From Micavibrio sp. (GTDB lineage: Bacteria > Pseudomonadota > Alphaproteobacteria > Micavibrionales > Micavibrionaceae), in NCBI GenBank assembly GCA_040381535.1, contig JBEIHF010000009.1:6389-70388 (forward strand): DNA of 64,000 bases, given 5' to 3'. A model generated the notes under the pieces. The model was not told where the DNA came from, did not search any database, and worked only from the letters and a program-made list of their open reading frames with translations. This document shows positions 55,460-64,000 of the stretch, piece by piece. Made by a program: the position numbers and the translations under genes. The stretch's first letter is position 1; every line of letters begins with the position of its first letter.

Positions 55460-56575
55460 ATGAAGATCACGATTGACCGCGCCGCGCTGATGAGAGCCCT
55501 GAACCATGTTCAGAGCGCCGTAGAACGCAGAACGACTATTCCGATCCTTTCCAATGTGCTCCTGAAGGCCGAAGATGGCGTGCTTAACCTCGCCACAACA
55601 GACATGGATCTGGAGATCAACGAAGCCGTCGCCGCGAATGTGGACAAGGCAGGATCGACCACCGCACCCGCATCGACGCTTTTCGACATCGTGAAAAAAC
55701 TTCCCGAAGACGCCGCCGTTGTTCTGGAACTCGATCCTTCGGGCAACCAGATGACCGTCAAAGCCGGCCGCTCGAATTTTCGCCTCGCTTGTCTTCCTGT
55801 CGCGGACTTTCCCGAAATCGGCCAAGGCAAATTGCCTGCAACCTTTTCTATCCCCGCAAACGAATTGCGTAACCTGATCGACCGCACGAAATTCGCGATG
55901 TCGACGGAAGAAACGCGTTACTATCTGAACGGGATTTATCTGCACGCTGCCGACAATGATGGCGTAGATGTATTGCGCGCCGTTGCAACCGACGGTCACC
56001 GCCTTGCACGCTTTGAAATGCCACTACCCGAAGGCGCGGCTGGTATGCCTGGAATTATCATTCCCCGCAAAACGGTGGGTGAGTTACGTAAGCTGGTGGA
56101 AGAAGCAGGCGATTCCATTCAAGTCTCACTTTCGGAGACGAAAATCCGTTTCACGTTCGACCACATCGTTCTGACGAGCAAACTCATTGACGGCACTTTC
56201 CCTGATTACCAGCGCGTTATCCCGAAAGGTAACGACAAGATTGTGGAAGTAAACCCCAAGGCTTTCTCCCGCGCCATCGACCGCGTATCGACGATCTCCG
56301 ACGGTAAATCCCGCGCCGTGAAAATCTCGCTGAACGGCAAGACGATGACATTGTCTGCGAACTCGCCCGAGGCGGGTTCCGCCACCGAAGATCTCGAAAT
56401 CAACGGTAATGACAACATGGAAATCGGCTTTAACGCCCGTTATCTTTTGGACATCACACAGCAGATCGAAGGCGATGGATGCCGTCTGACGCTAGCGGAT
56501 TCTGCTTCTCCGACCATCATTCAGGATGCGGGCGATGCTTCCGCGCTCTATGTTCTTATGCCGCTGCGTGTGTAA
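55460..56575 (+). CDS. dnaN: DNA polymerase III subunit beta (sliding clamp)
   Basis: MKITIDRAALMRALNHVQSAVERRTTIPILSNVLL...YLLD...MPLRV is the typical beta-clamp sequence. 371 aa. Confidence 0.95.
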   Translation: MKITIDRAALMRALNHVQSAVERRTTIPILSNVLLKAEDGVLNLATTDMDLEINEAVAANVDKAGSTTAPASTLFDIVKKLPEDAAVVLELDPSGNQMTVKAGRSNFRLACLPVADFPEIGQGKLPATFSIPANELRNLIDRTKFAMSTEETRYYLNGIYLHAADNDGVDVLRAVATDGHRLARFEMPLPEGAAGMPGIIIPRKTVGELRKLVEEAGDSIQVSLSETKIRFTFDHIVLTSKLIDGTFPDYQRVIPKGNDKIVEVNPKAFSRAIDRVSTISDGKSRAVKISLNGKTMTLSANSPEAGSATEDLEINGNDNMEIGFNARYLLDITQQIEGDGCRLTLADSASPTIIQDAGDASALYVLMPLRV

Positions 56576-56599
56576 TAAACCCCGTGAACTAATTCATAT

Positions 56600-56626
56600 A
56601 AGGGGGCGTTGGCCCCCTTATTCTTT
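56600..56626 (+). terminator. Hairpin / weak terminator between dnaN and recF
   Basis: AGGGGGC-GTTG-GCCCCCT, a 7-bp stem followed by TATTCTTT. Confidence 0.4.
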
Positions 56627-56639
56627 GGTAAGATAGAGT

Positions 56640-57764
56640 ATGTCCTTTGTTCAAACACTACAGCTCCACAATTTCCGCAGCTATGACACCGCGCGGATGG
56701 AAGAATTGCATTCGGGGCTGATCGTGCTCTGTGGCCCCAACGGTGCGGGCAAAACCAATGTGTTGGAGGCCGTGTCGTTATTGACCCCGGGGCGCGGATT
56801 ACGTTCTGCTGCGAATGAGGAAATCCAAAAGAAGGACGCCTCAACAGCATGGGCAATTGCATCGAACGTTGAAACGGGCGGCGCATCCGTGCAGATTGGC
56901 ACAGGCCTTGATGCTTCTGCCAATAAGCGTGCGGTCCGCATCAACGGCGTTCCCGTGAAAACTCAGATGGCGTTATCCGATTATATGTCCTGTGTTTGGC
57001 TTACGCCGCAGATGGATAGATTGTTTCTGGATACGGCGGGCGGGCGCAGACGTTTTTTCGACAAGCTCATTTTTGCCTTCGATTCCGGCCATGCAGGGCG
57101 GGTGACGCGCTACGAAAATGCCATGGCGCAAAGATCAAAATTGCTTCGCGAAGAAAAGAACGACGATGTCTGGCTGAAATCTTTGGAATCACAAATGGCG
57201 GAAACTGGTATCGCCATCGCCGCCGCTAGGCTGGATTTTGTTGTCCGTTTACAGCGCGCTTGTGATATGGCCCCGCAAAACGAGGAAAACTTCTTTCCAC
57301 GCGCCCATCTGGCATTATCGGGAACAGTCGAGGAATTGCTTGCCCGCACGCCCGCACTGGAGGTGGAGGAGATGTTTGCTTATCAGCTACGCCAATCCCG
57401 CGCCAAGGACGCTGAAACCGGAGGCGCCGCAACGGGCCCGCACAAAGGCGATTTGCTCGTGCGTTTTGCCGCCAAGGACATGGCTGCGGATCAATGTTCC
57501 ACGGGCGAACAAAAAGCGCTTCTGATCGGTATTATCCTTGCCCACGCGCGTCTGATGCGCTCTGAGCGCGGAATGCCGCCCGTTTTGCTTCTGGACGAGG
57601 TTGCCGCGCATCTGGATGAACATCGCCGCGCCACTTTGTTCGATTTGTTGCAGGATCTGGGCGGTCAGGTATGGATGACGGGCACCGATGAATCCCTCTT
57701 TTCCGCCGCCAGAAAAAGAGCCCAGTTTTGGGGCGTAAATCGGGGCGAAATTACCAATAAATAA
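56640..57764 (+). CDS. recF: DNA replication/repair protein RecF
   Basis: L.L.NFRSY, Walker A GPNGAGKTN, signature STGEQKALL, Walker B LLLDEVAAHLD. Confidence 0.95.
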   Translation: MSFVQTLQLHNFRSYDTARMEELHSGLIVLCGPNGAGKTNVLEAVSLLTPGRGLRSAANEEIQKKDASTAWAIASNVETGGASVQIGTGLDASANKRAVRINGVPVKTQMALSDYMSCVWLTPQMDRLFLDTAGGRRRFFDKLIFAFDSGHAGRVTRYENAMAQRSKLLREEKNDDVWLKSLESQMAETGIAIAAARLDFVVRLQRACDMAPQNEENFFPRAHLALSGTVEELLARTPALEVEEMFAYQLRQSRAKDAETGGAATGPHKGDLLVRFAAKDMAADQCSTGEQKALLIGIILAHARLMRSERGMPPVLLLDEVAAHLDEHRRATLFDLLQDLGGQVWMTGTDESLFSAARKRAQFWGVNRGEITNK

Positions 57765-57785
57765 CAGGGAGTTATCCACGGAAAA

Positions 57786-57811
57786 ATCGCCCCTGAAAAT
57801 GGCGGTTTTTT
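57786..57811 (+). terminator. Probable Rho-independent terminator after recF
   Basis: ATCGCC-CCTGAAAAT-GGCGGT (one G-U pair), followed by TTTTTT. Confidence 0.5.
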
Positions 57812-57852
57812 GCTGTTTTTTGGTGGTGTGCGTGCTATAAAAATCTCTCTAA

Positions 57853-60327
<2,475 letters not shown>

Positions 60328-60332
60328 GGTTT

Positions 60333-62090
60333 ATGAGTTCTCTTACACAAAAATTGTCCGATATAGTCGGATCGTCTTTTGAATCCCAAGGATTGGATAA
60401 ATCTTTTGGGCAGGTCAGAGTCGCCGATCGCCCTGATCTGGCACATTTTCAGTGCAACGGAGCTATGGCGGCCAGCAAGGCGGCGAAGAAGAACCCGCGT
60501 GAAGTGGCGACAGCCGTAGTCACGGAGTTATCGGAAAATTCATTTTTTTCTAAAGTAGATATAGCCGGGCCGGGTTTTATCAATCTGAATGTCACGGATG
60601 AATATCTTTCCGCATATCTGAAAGAAACGGGAGCTGACGAGCGTCTGGGCGTAACCATTATTGGTCATAACGAAACTGTTGTATTGGATTATGGCGGCCC
60701 GAATATTGCCAAACCAATGCATGTTGCTCACTTACGCTCCGCCGTGATCGGTGATTCCATTCGCAGGATCATGCAATTCGTCGGGTATAAAACTCTTGGC
60801 GATGTGCATATGGGTGATTGGGGCACGCATCTGGGCCTTCTCATTTCCGACTATCTGCGCAACGGCGAGGAAAGCACGGTTTTGAATGTGCGCCTAGATG
60901 ATGAATCCATGGTTATGGCGTTGTTCGAAGACATGGGTACACGTTATCCCAAAGCATCTGCTGCATCGAAAGAAGACGAGAATTTGCGCGCCGAAGCTTT
61001 GGCCGCGACGTTGAAGCTCCAGAATGGCGAAGAGCCTTATAAAGCGATCTGGAAAAAAATCCGTGAAGTGTCCGTTTTGGGCATGAAACGCAATTATGAT
61101 GCCCTCGGCGTTCATTTCGATCTGTGGAAGGGCGAGGCCGATGTAAATGACTACATCGCGCAGATGGTAAAAGATTTGCAGAGTAAGCATGTCGCGGTGG
61201 AAAGCGATGGCGCCTGGGTTGTTCCGGTTTCGGAAGAATCCGACAAAAAAGAATATCCGCCGTTGATCCTTTACAAGCGCGATGGCGCTGTCATGTACGG
61301 TACGACGGATATGGCAACGATTGTCGAGCGGATGAAGCTTTATAATCCAACTAAAATTATTTATATGGTTGACCAACGTCAGGGCCTGCATTTCGAACAA
61401 TTGTTTCGCGCGGCGCGCAAAGGTGGGTTGGTTTCGAACGATATCGAATTGACCCATGCTGGCTTTGGGACTATGAACGGGCCTGATGGCAAGCCTTTTA
61501 AGACCCGCGCTGGCGGCGTTATGCGCCTCGATGATCTGATTTCTATGGCCGAAGAAAAAGCCAAGGCGCGTATGGAAGAGGCTCATCTGGCCGAAGATAT
61601 GCAAGCGACAGAAAAAGCCGATGTGGCCCACAAGGTTGCCATCGCCGCCATCAAATTCGCAGATTTGCAGAATTCACGCGTGGCGGATTATGTGTTTGAC
61701 ATCGACAAGCTTACGAGCTTCGAAGGCAAGACGGGTCCGTATCTGCTTTATCAGGCGGTGCGGATCAAATCGCTGCTGCGCAAGGCAGAATACGATGTTT
61801 CCAAATCATCACCGTTGCAATTGGAAGATGTGGATCGCCCGTTGGCATTGCTTTTGACTGAATTGCCCGATTCCATTGAAGGCGCGGTAAAGAATTACTT
61901 CCCGCATCATTTGTGCGATTACGCCTATCGCCTGGCGCAGGCATTCAGTTCTTTCTATGGCAACTGTCATATTCTGTCGGAAGAAAACAAAGCCCTGCGT
62001 GAGAGCCGTTTGTCGCTTTGCGCGCAAACCTACCGCCAGCTGGAGCTTACGCTCGGCCTTCTCGGCATCGACATTCCGGAACGTATGTAA
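60333..62090 (+). CDS. argS: Arginine--tRNA ligase
   Basis: Class I HIGH-like region (PNIAKPMHVAHLRSAVIGD) and a DALR anticodon-binding C-terminus. 585 aa, starting 5 nt after gyrB. Confidence 0.95.
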   Translation: MSSLTQKLSDIVGSSFESQGLDKSFGQVRVADRPDLAHFQCNGAMAASKAAKKNPREVATAVVTELSENSFFSKVDIAGPGFINLNVTDEYLSAYLKETGADERLGVTIIGHNETVVLDYGGPNIAKPMHVAHLRSAVIGDSIRRIMQFVGYKTLGDVHMGDWGTHLGLLISDYLRNGEESTVLNVRLDDESMVMALFEDMGTRYPKASAASKEDENLRAEALAATLKLQNGEEPYKAIWKKIREVSVLGMKRNYDALGVHFDLWKGEADVNDYIAQMVKDLQSKHVAVESDGAWVVPVSEESDKKEYPPLILYKRDGAVMYGTTDMATIVERMKLYNPTKIIYMVDQRQGLHFEQLFRAARKGGLVSNDIELTHAGFGTMNGPDGKPFKTRAGGVMRLDDLISMAEEKAKARMEEAHLAEDMQATEKADVAHKVAIAAIKFADLQNSRVADYVFDIDKLTSFEGKTGPYLLYQAVRIKSLLRKAEYDVSKSSPLQLEDVDRPLALLLTELPDSIEGAVKNYFPHHLCDYAYRLAQAFSSFYGNCHILSEENKALRESRLSLCAQTYRQLELTLGLLGIDIPERM

Positions 62091-62774
62091 TTATTTATAA
62101 AGATTTTTGGTAAAGGTTATCGAACGGCGTCCTGGTTTTTGTGGGCGCACAGTACGGCCCACCATGCTTTCCACGCTGTCGAGGAAATTATCGTTTCCGC
62201 GAGGGCGGCCCGTTTGCAAATGGCGTTCGATGGCTTTGGGGTCTTGCTCTTCGGGCCATTCTTTAAGAAATGCAGACCAATCGGGCACGAAATGCAAAAG
62301 CGGTTTGTTTTTGTCGAGTAGTTTATCATCGCGGCCCTTCACATGTGCTCTTGCGCTGCTCCACAGATAGCTTTCGGGATTGGGAGTGACGCCCATCATA
62401 ACGGGCATCGTTTCAATATAACGTGCGGCATTGAGCAAATGATTTTCATCCATGGGGTAGGAAAAGAAACGGTCCTGAAACAAATGGCCGCGCCATGAAT
62501 TGCGTTCGTTGATGCGGCGTGTGTAACGGCGATGCGCTTCGCCCAATGCACGGGCGAGGGCGTTTTCGCGGCTCGGCACGGCAATCAATTGCACCTGTCC
62601 TGCCATCAGGCAATAAGACCAGATGCTGACGCCCTTGTCGGCACATTCCTCGGTGAGGAATTGAATATAAGCTTCGTAATCCGATTTCTCGAAGAAGACG
62701 GATTCGCCGCGGTTACCGCGCTGGGTAATGTGATGAGGTGTGTCGCGAAGGACGATTCGTGCTTGTCTGGCCAT
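62091..62774 (-). CDS. Y1 (IS200/IS605-like, RAYT-type) transposase homologue with degenerate HUH motif
   Basis: ARIVLRDTPHHITQRGN...SYCLMAGQVQLIAVP...RGHLFQDRF...AARYIETMPV...YLWSS follows the Y1_Tnp layout. The HUH triad reads Q-V-Q (nt 62589-62597). No flanking repeats were seen. Confidence 0.75.
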   Translation of the reverse strand: MARQARIVLRDTPHHITQRGNRGESVFFEKSDYEAYIQFLTEECADKGVSIWSYCLMAGQVQLIAVPSRENALARALGEAHRRYTRRINERNSWRGHLFQDRFFSYPMDENHLLNAARYIETMPVMMGVTPNPESYLWSSARAHVKGRDDKLLDKNKPLLHFVPDWSAFLKEWPEEQDPKAIERHLQTGRPRGNDNFLDSVESMVGRTVRPQKPGRRSITFTKNLYK

Positions 62775-62830
62775 GCCTGAAGATTACGGGAAACATTGGG
62801 TCAGGGCAAGGATTTTATAGTGTCCCTAAA

Positions 62831-63562
62831 TTATCGCGCCCAAACAACACTGTAAAAATGATATCCATTGTTGGCTGGGAAAGAGAGTGCGTAAAAACAA
62901 CCAGCGGGATGTCCTCTCAAGGGTCCTGATGCGACATCGTCGCCGAACATGCCCCAAGTCATTGCGAACGTGCCTGTGAATTTGCTCATCCAATAGCCTG
63001 TCTCGGCTGGGGGTTCCCCTCCTGTATTTGCTATACCTAGTAAATTATTGATGGCGATGCAGACTTCTCTTTTTACGTAGGGAAGAATCATGGTCAGTTC
63101 CACACAATCATTTTCACGGCCACTACATACGCCTGTTTCTGCTCCCACATCCAGTACAAGTGTACTGCCGATGAAGCCCCAGTGGCCATACTCGGCAGAA
63201 GCCGAACGTGTAGAATCGAGCCATGGCGACTGTGGTGCTGAATATGTAAGTCCGCCGCCCACTCCATATATATGGCAAGATGCATCGACAGGCGCGTTTG
63301 CGTTAGTATATCCCGCAAGAGAAGCATTTTGAACTGTCAGCTGATTTTCGGAGCATTGCTTGGACATCAACTTGTTGACTGTCTTTTCCACAGCACTGCC
63401 GTATTGAACAATCTCGGTGGCTGCGGTTTTCGCCTGACCCGCAGTGAGGTTTCCTTGCCCCGTTTTTGCTCCACGCATGAAGGTAAAGGCAAGCGCGCTA
63501 AAAAGTGCGATGGCTATAAGGATAACCACAACCGCATTGCCGCGCTGAGCGTTTTTATTCAT
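62831..63562 (-). CDS. Secreted/anchored Cys-rich protein with pilin-like N-terminal helix, hypothetical
   Basis: MNKNAQRGNAVVVILIAIALFSALAFTFMRG: a short basic leader, then a 20-residue hydrophobic helix, then a 210-aa domain with 6 Cys. It lies 3 nt downstream of the preceding gene. Confidence 0.55.
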   Translation of the reverse strand: MNKNAQRGNAVVVILIAIALFSALAFTFMRGAKTGQGNLTAGQAKTAATEIVQYGSAVEKTVNKLMSKQCSENQLTVQNASLAGYTNANAPVDASCHIYGVGGGLTYSAPQSPWLDSTRSASAEYGHWGFIGSTLVLDVGAETGVCSGRENDCVELTMILPYVKREVCIAINNLLGIANTGGEPPAETGYWMSKFTGTFAMTWGMFGDDVASGPLRGHPAGCFYALSFPANNGYHFYSVVWAR

Positions 63563-63565
63563 AGG

Positions 63566-64000
63566 TTATTCTTTCGGCGTTTTGAAAAGGGCGGAAGCAG
63601 CGTTGGAGCCCGCTTCTTCGAGAATTTTTTCGGCCTTCGCATCAAGCGAAACCTTTTGAGGTTCTGGTATGGTGGTCATGGCAGCAGCGGGAGTTTCCGT
63701 TGCTGCCAGATCTTTCCAAGAAACCTTATTATCTTCCTTGACGGGATCGGATGTCATGGGTGGATCTTTTTTGAAGAAACCCATGGGTCCGGCGGGTGAT
63801 ATAGGCGTGCTCGGGGCGGCAGGAGTGCCTAAAGGCTGTGTTGCCGTGAGTACAGGCGTGGAAGGTGTCGAAGGTGCAGAAGTATCCGTTGTATCTCCGG
63901 ACAAAGCTTTCGCGGCTTCGTCGGGATATTGACGGGCATGGAGTCCTGCGAGTGCGGCAATACCATATACGACCGTATCTTCGGCTTTTTTCTTGCCGAC
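63566..64000 (-). CDS. Pro/Thr-rich hypothetical protein, 3' part (5' end outside window)
   Basis: The minus-strand frame stays open from 63904 to the window edge (VGKKKAEDTVVYGIAALAGLHARQYPDEAAKAL...), so the listed TTG start is probably internal. It carries a PSTPSTP...PAAPSTPISP low-complexity segment. Confidence 0.5.
   Translation of the reverse strand, partial: VGKKKAEDTVVYGIAALAGLHARQYPDEAAKALSGDTTDTSAPSTPSTPVLTATQPLGTPAAPSTPISPAGPMGFFKKDPPMTSDPVKEDNKVSWKDLAATETPAAAMTTIPEPQKVSLDAKAEKILEEAGSNAASALFKTPKE

Overview
The window looks like a compact alphaproteobacterial chromosomal segment, gene-dense and mostly housekeeping. It includes the replication-initiation neighbourhood rpsT-dnaA-(two inserted genes)-dnaN-recF-gyrB-argS. 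Other conserved blocks are dnaX(3' end)-ybaB-xth, typA, rsmB-rpe, radA-cvpA-purF, yfgM-bamB-der, icd, amiC, rne, ctaA, FNR/ferredoxin, groESL with a CIRCE operator, and mutM. I found no rRNA, tRNA or CRISPR array. Non-core or odd material, left to right: (1) a DEAD-box helicase and an RNase E that both carry long repetitive RGG-type segments; (2) a hidden 47-codon DUF1674-like ORF below the ORF-track cutoff; (3) an esterase/adaptor/ABC operon; (4) an ORF broken by an in-frame TAG; (5) a Doc/AbrB toxin-antitoxin pair wedged after purF; (6) der split by a 1-nt frameshift in a C-run; (7) two orphan genes with ambiguous strand upstream of icd; (8) a structured, terminator-capped candidate sRNA after rne; (9) an AT-rich islet holding an XRE regulator, an orphan gene, a near-consensus promoter and a perfect palindrome; (10) two tandem BPL_N/GATase1-like paralogues between dnaA and dnaN; (11) a Y1 (IS200/RAYT-like) transposase homologue whose HUH motif reads QVQ; (12) a pilin-like Cys-rich secreted protein with a decayed paralogue elsewhere in the window. 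All functional calls rest on my reading of the translations and on motif memory. No database search was run.
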